Positions 39,356 to 49,192 of a stretch of DNA of 54,519 nucleotides are shown piece by piece. The stretch comes from an uncultured virus (IMG/VR IMGVR_UViG_3300034022_000723) (taxonomy: Duplodnaviria > Heunggongvirae > Uroviricota > Caudoviricetes). Position 1 is the first letter of the stretch, and each line of letters opens with the position of its first letter. The notes under the pieces were generated by a model, which worked only from the letters and a program-made list of their open reading frames with translations, made no database searches and was not told the DNA's origin. The stretch is taken from positions 62,001-116,519 of the IMG/VR virus record IMGVR_UViG_3300034022_000723, one strand, 5' to 3'. The position numbers and the translations under genes were made by a program.

Positions 39356-39901
39356 ATGAAAACATTAATAATACATCCAGCAGACCCAAGCACAACTTTT
39401 TTGGATATTGTCTATACACCGATTAAAGACAAAACAATTGTTACAGGTGGAATAAGTAAATCCGAAGTCCAACAATTAATTCGTGAACACGATAGAGTTA
39501 TGATGATGGGTCACGGCAGTCCGGGTGGACTCTTCAATGTTGGTAAGTTCACAAATTGTGGGGCATATGTTATCGACCAACAAATGGTACCATTATTAAA
39601 AGAAAAAACTGATAATGTATTCATTTGGTGTAACGCTGATAAGTTCGTTGATGTATTTGGTTTGAAGGGTTTTTATTCTGGAATGTTCATCAGCGAAGTT
39701 GGTGAGGCATATTATTGTGGATTACCTGGCACTGAACAAGACCAAGTGGATGAATCAAATTATGGATTTTGTAACATTATTGCGAAGTATATCAATCAAG
39801 ACAAAAATTTGATACATGAAAATGTTAAGAAAGAATATGGAATGATTGCCGAAAACAATCCCGTGGCATTTTATAATAATAATCGACTATATAAATCTTA
39901 A
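39356..39901 (+). CDS. Hypothetical protein (GHG..WC, possible caspase-like fold)
   Basis: MMGHGSP, FIWCNA. Confidence 0.5.
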   Translation: MKTLIIHPADPSTTFLDIVYTPIKDKTIVTGGISKSEVQQLIREHDRVMMMGHGSPGGLFNVGKFTNCGAYVIDQQMVPLLKEKTDNVFIWCNADKFVDVFGLKGFYSGMFISEVGEAYYCGLPGTEQDQVDESNYGFCNIIAKYINQDKNLIHENVKKEYGMIAENNPVAFYNNNRLYKS

Positions 39902-39905
39902 TAAT

Positions 39906-40133
39906 ATGAATAGATACCATTGTTTTTTAATTGTTGGAAGTGAATTAAAACCCATCACAGTTGATGCCGATACGGTTCATCTCGATTCAACATGTGCAAC
40001 AAGATTTCATAAAAAAGTAAAGGTCATAGGTCTTTATGGAACACCTGAAACAGGTTTTCAAATTGTCGGACAATACCCAACCGATAAATTTATAATTGAA
40101 TCAATTGAAGAAAATATTGAAACCCCTGAATAG
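39906..40133 (+). CDS. Hypothetical protein
   Basis: Start taken at MNRYHC. Confidence 0.5.
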   Translation: MNRYHCFLIVGSELKPITVDADTVHLDSTCATRFHKKVKVIGLYGTPETGFQIVGQYPTDKFIIESIEENIETPE

Positions 40134-40143
40134 GGGTTTTTTT
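40120..40143 (+). terminator. Intrinsic terminator
   Basis: aaacccct-gaat-aggggttt plus T run. Confidence 0.7.
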
Positions 40144-40170
40144 ATTGGACAATTTTAGTTATATTTCAAT

Positions 40171-40518
40171 ATGGATTATAGTAAAATAATGTTGGGAATA
40201 ATATTTGGAGCTTTAGGTCAATTAGGTACGTTTATGCAATTACAAGGATCTTACAAATATGGTTGGTATGAAAAATACTATTGGGTTGTCATATTTGCCA
40301 GTGTACCGTTAGGATGGTTATATATTAAATCCGTTAATTACTTTATTGAAGGGTTTGGAGGTCAAATATGGCCCAGCCGTCTTGTTGGATTTGGTGTTGG
40401 GGTAATCATATTTACAATTATGAGTATATATCTTTTTAAAGAACCATTAGACATGAAAAATGGTATATGTTTATTTCTTGGATTTTGTATAATTTTGGTA
40501 CAATTATTGGTAAAATAA
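40171..40518 (+). CDS. Four-TM membrane protein (SMR/DMT-like)
   Basis: Four hydrophobic helices, FKEP near C-terminus. Confidence 0.6.
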   Translation: MDYSKIMLGIIFGALGQLGTFMQLQGSYKYGWYEKYYWVVIFASVPLGWLYIKSVNYFIEGFGGQIWPSRLVGFGVGVIIFTIMSIYLFKEPLDMKNGICLFLGFCIILVQLLVK

Positions 40519-40519
40519 T

Positions 40520-40550
40520 TTTGTGATATACTAGAATATACATATCTTTG
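40520..40550 (+). promoter_or_regulatory. Bacteroidota-type promoter
   Basis: TTTG-N19-TATCTTTG. Confidence 0.7.
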
Positions 40551-40569
40551 TAGTCTAATATACAAATTT

Positions 40570-42000
40570 ATGAAATATTCTTATTGTCTTTTATTTTTAT
40601 TTCTTTTTTCCTGTAAAAAAGATATCACAACAGAGGTTGTAATTACCCCAATTGAAAATACTGTAATTAAAAAAGATACGGTTAATGTTTTTATGGGGTA
40701 CAAGATTGACCCCAACGCAAAACAATTAGGTATTGATTATTGGAAAAATATTCCAGTGTTAAGTGACTTAATATCAATTTATTTTCATGAAATTTCACCA
40801 GGTCGTAGTCATATCGGTACTGGATTGAACACCGTATGTGGTGATTTCAATAATGACGGATATGTTGACGTATTTGCACCTGGTAATGTATATAATGGAA
40901 TTTTAGATAATGGGGTTGGATTTTTAATTTGGGACACCGTCACAAAAAAATTCGATGACAAAAACTTATTTAATGACAAATCTAAAATGTCAATAATATG
41001 GGGAGCCAATCAAGTGGTTCCAGTTTATTTAAATAATGATAATTACGTTGATTTAGTTATTTTTGGATATATTGATGAGGGATTAAAAAATGCGAAACCC
41101 AATCCTGTTAGTTTAGCTATCAGTGATGGTAAAGGTGGATATGATTTAACACCTTTAATAACTGAAACACCAACATTCACACACGAAGGTGGAACAATTG
41201 GAGATTTAAATGGTGATGGTATAGTTGATATGGTAGTAAATTATGGTTTGATGATGAAAATTTTATGGGGGAATAAAACCTTTCCATATTTTAATAGTGA
41301 TAATTCTGCAACGTTCTGCCCTCCGTTTACTTACGTAGATGATATATCGTTAAGTTATAAAAGTGATAATGGTTTTGGTGAGGATTGTTACGAATGTGCA
41401 TATGATGCTGGACGAAGTGTTATCGCCGACGTAAATAAAGATGGTAAAAACGATATCATTACATCTTCAGCCGAAGACAACTTTAGCTCAACAATAGGAC
41501 CTAAAATTTCTAAAGTATTAATTAATCAAGGTAACGGTAGATTTAATAAAAATAGTATAATTGAACTTCCATATTCAAACGGAGGATCCTTCCCTATGAG
41601 AGCAAATTTAGATTACGTTGTTGATGATATTAATGGGGACGGAAGGAACGATATTATAACACTTAACGAAGTTGAATATAGTACATGGAACATATTTGTT
41701 TATATACAACAAACAGATGGTTCATATAAAATTGATAATAACATATTTCAATATACAATAAACAATCCTAGATTGGCGAGAGATTGGAAATCTAAATTAA
41801 TTTATAATGATTTTAATGGAGATGGGAAAAAGGATGTCGCATTTTTAGATGGTGCCGCAGGTAATATTCACCTTAATGACCCACTTAATATTATGATTAA
41901 AAAAAGATCAGTTTTTATAAGGACAGGTAATCAATTCATAGAACAAGATTTTTATCAATTTGACCCGTACATGAAAAGTTTACTTGTTAATGTAAAATAA
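40570..42000 (+). CDS. FG-GAP/VCBS-repeat lipoprotein
   Basis: Lipobox LFSC-KKD; repeats DFNNDGYVD, DLNGDGIVD, DVNKDGKND, DINGDGRND, DFNGDGKKD. Confidence 0.85.
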   Translation: MKYSYCLLFLFLFSCKKDITTEVVITPIENTVIKKDTVNVFMGYKIDPNAKQLGIDYWKNIPVLSDLISIYFHEISPGRSHIGTGLNTVCGDFNNDGYVDVFAPGNVYNGILDNGVGFLIWDTVTKKFDDKNLFNDKSKMSIIWGANQVVPVYLNNDNYVDLVIFGYIDEGLKNAKPNPVSLAISDGKGGYDLTPLITETPTFTHEGGTIGDLNGDGIVDMVVNYGLMMKILWGNKTFPYFNSDNSATFCPPFTYVDDISLSYKSDNGFGEDCYECAYDAGRSVIADVNKDGKNDIITSSAEDNFSSTIGPKISKVLINQGNGRFNKNSIIELPYSNGGSFPMRANLDYVVDDINGDGRNDIITLNEVEYSTWNIFVYIQQTDGSYKIDNNIFQYTINNPRLARDWKSKLIYNDFNGDGKKDVAFLDGAAGNIHLNDPLNIMIKKRSVFIRTGNQFIEQDFYQFDPYMKSLLVNVK

Positions 42001-42014
42001 GTATATTTAAAATT

Positions 42015-42944
42015 ATGGAGGTATTAATACAACACAATGTACACGCAGGATTAGGGGACTATACTCATTCTATTTATAGATATTTTTATTTGGTTGAAGA
42101 GTTAAAAAAAATAGGATTTAGACATATAACTTTATACGTTAATATGGAAAGAACCTCGATGTTTAATAAAGATTATTTTTTTGTTTTATACGATAGAAAA
42201 GTATTTGAAGAATTGTTTGATAATATTATAATTTCAGATAATAAAATTGGGACTGAAAATTATGATAATTTAAAATTATTTTATGTTAATGGACATGAAG
42301 AAATTGGAATGAATCAATTTGATATATTCATTGATTATAATGATGAGAAATTTGAATTATTTAAAATAAATTTACATAATTTTTTTGTACCTAACACACT
42401 TAAAAAATATAGATATCTTTTTAGTGAATATATTATGAACAAATATAGAGAAACTAATGTTCATAAAAATGAAGAATACGTTGCAATTCAATTTAGAGCA
42501 GGGGATAGTAAAGACAATGAAGATTTATATAAAAATCATGAAGAACAATTTAAAAAAATAATATCTGAAGAAAATAAAGTTTTTGTTTGTTCTAATTCAT
42601 ATAAATTCAAAGAATACATTAAAAGTTTTAATTATGATAATGTTTTTATGTTTGATTTTCCATTTGAAAAAGAATATGGAAATCATTTAGGTGCAATCCC
42701 TTTTACAGAAAATTTTAACCATAATGAATATCAAACAAGGACTCTACATGCTGCAATTGATATGTTAACTTTATCACAATCTAAAGAAATTTACTCTTTT
42801 AATTATTTTGGGTATGTAGACTCAAATTTTATAAAATTGGCAATATCTAAAAATGTTAAATTTAATATTATTCCATTAATAGGTGGTATGATGTGGAAAC
42901 CCGAAAATTTTATAAACGATGAAGATATTAATAGGTGGGGATAG
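42015..42944 (+). CDS. O-fucosyltransferase/NodZ-like glycosyltransferase
   Basis: AGLGD, AIQFRAGD, FVCSN, AAIDMLTLSQS, SNF. Confidence 0.65.
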   Translation: MEVLIQHNVHAGLGDYTHSIYRYFYLVEELKKIGFRHITLYVNMERTSMFNKDYFFVLYDRKVFEELFDNIIISDNKIGTENYDNLKLFYVNGHEEIGMNQFDIFIDYNDEKFELFKINLHNFFVPNTLKKYRYLFSEYIMNKYRETNVHKNEEYVAIQFRAGDSKDNEDLYKNHEEQFKKIISEENKVFVCSNSYKFKEYIKSFNYDNVFMFDFPFEKEYGNHLGAIPFTENFNHNEYQTRTLHAAIDMLTLSQSKEIYSFNYFGYVDSNFIKLAISKNVKFNIIPLIGGMMWKPENFINDEDINRWG

Positions 42945-43578
42945 TTGGGGACTTGGTGAATGGCCACAAGAAACAAATCATAGAGGAATATGGCAATACT
43001 TTGAAGAAGATGGTCATGAAGTGACAATAAAGGCCGTACCTGGTGAATCAAATAAAACATCCATATCACATATGTGTAATTATGTAAATGGAAATTACGA
43101 TTATGTTTTTTGGTTTCAATCAGACCCATTAAGAGATTTAAGACCTTATGATGATTTTGGGAACACAATAAAAAATTACAATGATTTAATAGAACAATCT
43201 AATTTTTTATTAGATGAAAGTTATAAAGAATTAAATAATAGAACAAATTGTAAAATTTATTGTATCGGAGGATGTTCTAAATTAAATGTTGATTTAATTT
43301 CAAAGTATAAAAATTTAATACCTTTTGTTGAAAGTTTGACGGAGTTAATACTTGTTGATTACAAACATCCCGAAATATGGCACAGCGATTGGATAAACTA
43401 TGTGGAAAGATTAGACGAAAGTATAATTGATTTTTTGTTACCAAATAAAATGAAACAAGATTCTTTATCTGAAGTTGAAGAATATAGAAAATATTTTTGG
43501 CCCGATGGAAGTCACCCAAATAGACACGGACATAAAGTTTTATATGATTTTATTCTTAAAAATTGTGATATTTTTTAA
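42919..43578 (+). CDS. SGNH/GDSL-like protein
   Basis: GDSW, PGESN, DGSHPN. Confidence 0.7.
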   Translation: MKILIGGDSWGLGEWPQETNHRGIWQYFEEDGHEVTIKAVPGESNKTSISHMCNYVNGNYDYVFWFQSDPLRDLRPYDDFGNTIKNYNDLIEQSNFLLDESYKELNNRTNCKIYCIGGCSKLNVDLISKYKNLIPFVESLTELILVDYKHPEIWHSDWINYVERLDESIIDFLLPNKMKQDSLSEVEEYRKYFWPDGSHPNRHGHKVLYDFILKNCDIF

Positions 43579-44350
43579 GATACTCATAAAACATTTCCGA
43601 TTGTATTCTATGTCCACTTTCACCTAAATGTGAGTCAGGTATTTCATCATTTGTTTCTTGTTTAATATTTTTTCCTCCTCTTTTATATACTTCTCTAAAA
43701 ATGGTAAAATGGTGATCCCAATTTGGTCCACCGTTACCAACTTCAAAATTACCAGCATATTGATTACAAATATATTTTTTTTGGTTTAAAATTTCTATTG
43801 GTAATGTATTGATAATTTTATGATCTGCCGACCAATAGTACACATGACAACCTATTTTTTCACATAACGTATCTATAATTTTTTCATAATTATATATTTC
43901 ATCAACATAAAACGGATGTTCTGATATTTTTACCGCTATTTCCATTTGTGTCGATTCAGTTATATGATGTTTAAAATGGTCTGCTTTATTCGCCCCCATC
44001 CTTACCCATGTGTTAATTGGTTTTCCCATATACATACCTTCATTACCATCTGTATCATAAAAAGTACTGGCCCACCTAAATCTATTCAAATACGACCAAT
44101 TTATTATAATGATATCATCTTTTTTAAATAAATCACAATTTTCACATATTGTATGAAATGTCTCATGATTGGAAGAACCACCAATAGCTTTAACATTAGT
44201 CTCCATACCAAGTTTTTCAGATAATATTTCATGCCAAACAGGAGGTAAATTCCCACCTCTCCATTCTTTCCAAACCTTATACCAAGGAAATGATTTATCT
44301 AAATTGTGTCCCTCAGTAAAACTATCTCCAAATAAATGTAACGTATTCAT
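43556..44350 (-). CDS. SGNH/GDSL-like protein
   Basis: GDSF, GGSSN, DSHLG. Confidence 0.7.
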   Translation of the reverse strand: MNTLHLFGDSFTEGHNLDKSFPWYKVWKEWRGGNLPPVWHEILSEKLGMETNVKAIGGSSNHETFHTICENCDLFKKDDIIIINWSYLNRFRWASTFYDTDGNEGMYMGKPINTWVRMGANKADHFKHHITESTQMEIAVKISEHPFYVDEIYNYEKIIDTLCEKIGCHVYYWSADHKIINTLPIEILNQKKYICNQYAGNFEVGNGGPNWDHHFTIFREVYKRGGKNIKQETNDEIPDSHLGESGHRIQSEMFYEYLKKYHNF

Positions 44351-44429
44351 AGTAATTAAATATAATTAATTTTCTTTGTATTTTAAATAAAAATTCATAT
44401 ATTAGTCATATATATTAGAAAGGACTAAC

Positions 44430-44822
44430 ATGAAAAGATTTGTATTCTTCCACGGATATCAAGAATTACATCCACTATTGGATATTGATTGGGATGCAAT
44501 CAACAGATTGAATAACATCAATACTATTCTTACTCCAAATTGGGGTGGAATAACGTATACACCTACTTGGGTTGTTAATCCAGGTCTCATTCAATACACA
44601 CCACCAAACTATACTATAACCACAACACCCGGCACTGGTACATTTACAATTCCATACAACGGTACAATTAACACAGCAACAGGGTATAGTTTAACAACAT
44701 CAAATCCAAACGGAACAACATATACAACAACAGGAACAGTTACAACAGGAGGAATAGGAGGAACTTTAACAACTGGTACTGCAACATTTAGAAGTGGAGC
44801 ATTTACCTCAAAATTTATGTAA
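44430..44822 (+). CDS. Thr/Gly-rich protein with N-terminal FVFFHG tag
   Basis: ORF translation. Confidence 0.65.
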   Translation: MKRFVFFHGYQELHPLLDIDWDAINRLNNINTILTPNWGGITYTPTWVVNPGLIQYTPPNYTITTTPGTGTFTIPYNGTINTATGYSLTTSNPNGTTYTTTGTVTTGGIGGTLTTGTATFRSGAFTSKFM

Positions 44823-45262
44823 TGACTAAATTCAAGTTTTTCAGGGGGTATATTGGAACGTTAGATATAATGGACGGACAAACATATGCGACAGCATCAT
44901 TATATTACCCAAGATTAGATTCCAATAATGAAATGGAAAGATGGTTTGCCGAACGTGATTTACAAACTATAACTCATGAACAATACATGTTGAATAGAGA
45001 CATGTTAATTGAACAAGAAAGAATAAGAAGATTAGGAATGATAAATCATTCAAGGGAAACTGATAATCAAATTAGATTGTTTCAAGCAACAACAACGGTA
45101 ACCGTAAATCCAACACCATGGACTAAGGTTAAGATATTTGGAACAAGAGTTAAATTGGTTTTAATTGAAACTTGGAAGTTGGAACCTATCGGTGTTGTGG
45201 TGATGACACTGTTAGTGTCAGTTGTTACATTCATAGGTGTAATGAAATTATTCGGAACATGA
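44822..45262 (+). CDS. Protein with N-terminal FKFFRG tag and C-terminal TM
   Basis: ORF translation. Confidence 0.65.
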   Translation: MTKFKFFRGYIGTLDIMDGQTYATASLYYPRLDSNNEMERWFAERDLQTITHEQYMLNRDMLIEQERIRRLGMINHSRETDNQIRLFQATTTVTVNPTPWTKVKIFGTRVKLVLIETWKLEPIGVVVMTLLVSVVTFIGVMKLFGT

Positions 45263-45579
45263 TAAAACCATTCAAATTTTTGACGGATAATGATGATGAT
45301 ATGTCAGAAGGATATATCAATTTAGAAAATGTAGAGATAGCTTCTTGGATGTGGGAAAGTCTAATGGAACCATCAGATGCGACGTACGATATTGTTTCGG
45401 TGGACACTAACGGTATTATTGAATTTTTAAGAATGTTTCCATCACAAATGGTAATTCCTGTGAGTTCTATCGTTGGTCCAAATGGTGTGGTTCATAATAG
45501 CGAAAACGAAGGAAATGGGTGGGGATTTAACATTCAAACAGACCCAATTCATATTACATATTTAAGTTACACCCCATAA
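45259..45579 (+). CDS. Acidic protein with N-terminal FKFLTD tag
   Basis: ATGA-coupled start MIKPFKFL. Confidence 0.65.
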   Translation: MIKPFKFLTDNDDDMSEGYINLENVEIASWMWESLMEPSDATYDIVSVDTNGIIEFLRMFPSQMVIPVSSIVGPNGVVHNSENEGNGWGFNIQTDPIHITYLSYTP

Positions 45580-45598
45580 TATTTATAAAATAAAAACC

Positions 45599-45721
45599 AT
45601 GAGTTCAAAATTTTTTAACAATTCACAACAACCTAAGGCGGTTAAAGGAGATAAGAAACCTATCCCTACCAAACCTATCAAGAACAACACACAGATTAAA
45701 AAGACAGGAAGAGGTAAATAA
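45599..45721 (+). CDS. 40-aa basic micro-protein ending TGRGK
   Basis: Own translation; TATTTATA at 45580. Confidence 0.55.
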   Translation: MSSKFFNNSQQPKAVKGDKKPIPTKPIKNNTQIKKTGRGK

Positions 45722-45722
45722 A

Positions 45723-45753
45723 TTTGGTATATACGAAGATTGTTGTATATTTG
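45723..45753 (+). promoter_or_regulatory. Bacteroidota-type promoter
   Basis: TTTG-N19-TATATTTG, ATG 4 nt later. Confidence 0.7.
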
Positions 45754-45757
45754 CTTT

Positions 45758-45931
45758 ATGAAAGTAAAAATAACAATTAAATACCACATAGAGGTTGGTA
45801 ATGAGGTCATTGAGTGTGATTCACTTGAACAGGCTGAACGTAAGATGAAACATATGTCAGATGTTGATAAGTTTCTTATTAAGACGGAACTAAAGGGAGA
45901 TAAAGTATTAAATCAATATTTGTTAGGTTAA
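45758..45931 (+). CDS. Hypothetical protein
   Basis: Start MKVKIT after promoter. Confidence 0.5.
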   Translation: MKVKITIKYHIEVGNEVIECDSLEQAERKMKHMSDVDKFLIKTELKGDKVLNQYLLG

Positions 45932-45976
45932 CAATTTCTTAACATATACCCAAGGCAACTTTTTCTATTTATGTAG

Positions 45977-46663
45977 ATGAAAATAGAAGCGTTATTTATC
46001 TCCGATGTTCATTTAGGTTCTAAAGGTTCAAATGCCGATATGGTATTAGATTTACTCAAACAGTATCAACCTGAATATCTATTCTTAGTTGGTGACATAA
46101 TAGACGGATGGTTACTTAAACGTAAGTTCCGTTGGCCTCAATCACATACAAATGTATTAAGAAAGATAATGTCTTATTCCAAGAATGGAACCAAAGTAAT
46201 TTACATACCAGGAAATCATGATGATTTTTTGAGGGAGTATGGTGAGTTTTCTTTTGGTAATATAGAAGTACATAACGAATATGTATGGAACAATACTTTT
46301 ATTACACACGGGGATTTATATGATGGTGTGGTTAAACTTAAATGGTTGGGAGTATTAGGTTCAATAGGTTACGATATGGCGATATCCATAGATAGAAAAT
46401 TAAAGAAATTGGGAATGAAACGTTCATTATCTAAGTTCTTAAAGGATAAGGTAAAGGAAGCGGTTAAATTCATTACACAATTTGAGGTGGAATTAACTAG
46501 ACAAGCAAAGAAACATCATTGTACATCCGTTATATGTGGTCATATTCATCATCCTGAGGATAGAGATATTGATGGTGTTAGATATTTAAATTGTGGGGAT
46601 TGGATTGAGAATAATTCCTACATCATCTACAACGACAATGAATACACTGTTATTAAAGGATAA
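45977..46663 (+). CDS. UDP-2,3-diacylglucosamine hydrolase-like (LpxH/YbbF) metallophosphoesterase
   Basis: SDVHLG, GDIIDGW, PGNHD, HGD, GHIH, NCGDW. Confidence 0.85.
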   Translation: MKIEALFISDVHLGSKGSNADMVLDLLKQYQPEYLFLVGDIIDGWLLKRKFRWPQSHTNVLRKIMSYSKNGTKVIYIPGNHDDFLREYGEFSFGNIEVHNEYVWNNTFITHGDLYDGVVKLKWLGVLGSIGYDMAISIDRKLKKLGMKRSLSKFLKDKVKEAVKFITQFEVELTRQAKKHHCTSVICGHIHHPEDRDIDGVRYLNCGDWIENNSYIIYNDNEYTVIKG

Positions 46664-47354
46664 GTTAACCATAGTAATCCCATGTAAAAATGAGGGGGTA
46701 AACATCTACGAGTGTTTGGGTTTCATATCTAAACAAAGAGGGATTGCAGGTACACGAGTAATCATTTCAGATAATTCAGACGATGAGGAATCATTGAGGT
46801 GGATATATCAAACAGAATCAGATTACAAATACTCATTAAAAATAGAAGTAATAGAGGGCGGGTTTCCCGCTCAAGCAAGGTTAAACGGATCAAAGTTAGT
46901 TACCACACCTTATATGTTATTCTTGGATGCTGATATAATGTTGTTTAAACAAGGTTTGTTGGAAACGGTGGTAGAATATGAGAAAGACCTGGTGACCGTC
47001 CCATTTGAGACGGAAACAGGGTTTAATTGGATTTTTAGGATGTTTGATGTTACCCAAAGATTGTCAGTGTTTCTTGGAACACCATTTGCGGTTGGTGGAT
47101 TTCAGTTATTTAAAACAGAATCATATTGGAACATCGGTGGATATAACCCAAATGAAAAGTTTGCCGAAGATTATTCTTTATCACAAAAGATTAATAGTCA
47201 GAACTTTAAGATACATAAAACTGGTGGTGTGTGGACATCAGCAAGAAGATTTAAGAATAAGGGGGTTTTTTATATGATTAAGATATTGATTAAATCTTAT
47301 TTTAACCGAAACAATCCTGAGTTCTTTAAGAAGTCCCACGGATATTGGGATTAA
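46638..47354 (+). CDS. GT2 glycosyltransferase
   Basis: IVIPCKNE, FLDAD, AED, TSARRF. Confidence 0.85.
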   Translation: MNTLLLKDKLTIVIPCKNEGVNIYECLGFISKQRGIAGTRVIISDNSDDEESLRWIYQTESDYKYSLKIEVIEGGFPAQARLNGSKLVTTPYMLFLDADIMLFKQGLLETVVEYEKDLVTVPFETETGFNWIFRMFDVTQRLSVFLGTPFAVGGFQLFKTESYWNIGGYNPNEKFAEDYSLSQKINSQNFKIHKTGGVWTSARRFKNKGVFYMIKILIKSYFNRNNPEFFKKSHGYWD

Positions 47355-47382
47355 AACCAATATAATAGGGTATTTATACCTA

Positions 47383-47703
47383 ATGAATAGGAAAGAGTAT
47401 AGACGTTTATTACAAGACCCGAAGTGGAAGATTAAAGCGTCATTTATAAGAAAGAGAGATAACCACACCTGTGTTAGGTGTGGAAAGAAATCACACAGAT
47501 TACAGGTACATCATACCAAATACGAAGATGGTCTTATGCCGTGGGAATACGATAACAGCACATTGGAATCATTATGTTCATATTGTCATAAGAAGGAACA
47601 TAATATTAAACCAAAGAATAAAAGATTACCAAGAAAGAAAAAGAGTGTAAAAGAACCACAACCTATTAGTAGAGTTATTAAGGTTAGAAAATTAGATGAA
47701 TAA
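47383..47703 (+). CDS. HNH endonuclease
   Basis: RDNHTCVRCG..LQVHH..LCSYCHKKEH. Confidence 0.85.
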   Translation: MNRKEYRRLLQDPKWKIKASFIRKRDNHTCVRCGKKSHRLQVHHTKYEDGLMPWEYDNSTLESLCSYCHKKEHNIKPKNKRLPRKKKSVKEPQPISRVIKVRKLDE

Positions 47704-47741
47704 TATTTGGATTATTCGTTAATATTTTTTATATTATACAT

Positions 47742-48584
47742 GTGGAAAATATTTGTAATAAGAAAATAATTAATTTTACTCCGACAGGTACGCAAACTAC
47801 TCGTGAAAATTCATACGCTCCATTATTACCAAATGAGATAATTGAGGATGTTCATGAGGCAAATGAATTAGGAATTTCAATTGTTCATTTACACGCTAAA
47901 GATGAGGAAACATTAAAGAATACATATAAAAAAGAAACCTATCAAAAAATAATAGAAGGGATAAAAAAACATTGTCCTGAATTGTTAATTTGCGTTTCAT
48001 TAACTGGTAGAAACTTTCCCGAGTTAGAGAAAAGATCTGAGGTGTTGCAATTATATCCTGATATGGGTTCTTTAACAATGTCATCATTAAACTTTCCAAC
48101 TGGTACGGCAATTAACGAACCTGAGATGATTTTATCATTGATAAATGAAATGGAAAAGTATGGAGTACAACCCGAAATAGAATGTTTTGATTCTGGTATG
48201 TTAAATTATACAAATTATTTAATATCAAAAAATATATTAAATCCACCGCATCACATCAATGTTATATTGGGAAATATTTACAACGGACAATGTGATTTGA
48301 ATACACTTTCATCAATTAAAAATAAGACACCAAATAATTCATATGTATGTTTAGGTGGAATAGGTTCGCAACAATTAAAGAGTACAACATATGGTCTGTT
48401 AGATTTTGACGGAATAAGGATTGGACTTGAGGATAATCTTTATTATAGAGACAAAGAAAAAACAACAAACATAGAGTTGTTAAAACGAACACATAGGATA
48501 ATGGATGAATTAGATATGTTTCACTACACATCAAAAGAATTAAAAGAAAAAGGATATGGAAACAGACATAGTAATATTAGGTAA
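47742..48584 (+). CDS. Beta-keto acid cleavage enzyme (BKACE/DUF849, Kce-like)
   Basis: PTG, VHLHAKD, PEIECFD, RIGLEDN. Confidence 0.88.
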   Translation: MENICNKKIINFTPTGTQTTRENSYAPLLPNEIIEDVHEANELGISIVHLHAKDEETLKNTYKKETYQKIIEGIKKHCPELLICVSLTGRNFPELEKRSEVLQLYPDMGSLTMSSLNFPTGTAINEPEMILSLINEMEKYGVQPEIECFDSGMLNYTNYLISKNILNPPHHINVILGNIYNGQCDLNTLSSIKNKTPNNSYVCLGGIGSQQLKSTTYGLLDFDGIRIGLEDNLYYRDKEKTTNIELLKRTHRIMDELDMFHYTSKELKEKGYGNRHSNIR

Positions 48585-49191
48585 AGGAGATGCAATTGTT
48601 TGCATGATTTTAGATAACTTAAATTCCAATGGTATTTACGGTAATATATCAATCTACAATAATTTATCATTACCCATATTGAGAGAAATAAGTCATCCCG
48701 ATTTTAATTTAGATGTTCGTGAAGATGTTGACATTAAACAATTTAAGAAATATGTTTTAGGTGTTTATGACCCTAAACATAAAATTAAAATTATTGAAAC
48801 ATTAAATCCTGAAATAAAAAAATTTCAAAGCATTTTATTTAATGATTTAGTAATTTCTAAAACATCTACAATAGGTATAGGATGCTTAATTGATGCAAAT
48901 ATTTCAATTGCGGCACATACTAAAATCGGTGATTTTGTTTCAATAAACAGAAATGTATCAATTGGACATCATTGTAATATTGGAAAGTTTGTTTCAATAA
49001 ATCCTGGCTGTAATATCGCCGGAAATGTTAACATAGGTGAAGGGACATTAATTGGTATGGGAACTAATGTTTTAAACACAGTTCAAATTGGTAAAAATAC
49101 AATAATTGGTGCGGGATCAAACGTAACAAGAGACATTCCTGATAATGTTGTTGCATATGGTAACCCATGTAAAATAATAAGAAATAATTAA
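48556..49191 (+). CDS. PglD/NeuD-like sugar acyltransferase (left-handed beta-helix)
   Basis: Hexapeptide repeats; IGAGSNVTRDIP..AYGNPC. Confidence 0.88.
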   Translation: METDIVILGKGDAIVCMILDNLNSNGIYGNISIYNNLSLPILREISHPDFNLDVREDVDIKQFKKYVLGVYDPKHKIKIIETLNPEIKKFQSILFNDLVISKTSTIGIGCLIDANISIAAHTKIGDFVSINRNVSIGHHCNIGKFVSINPGCNIAGNVNIGEGTLIGMGTNVLNTVQIGKNTIIGAGSNVTRDIPDNVVAYGNPCKIIRNN

Positions 49192-49192
49192 T

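Noticed and set aside
47383..47703. HNH as part of an intron or mobile element
   Set aside because: Free-standing; neighbours uninterrupted and no intron or IS ends seen
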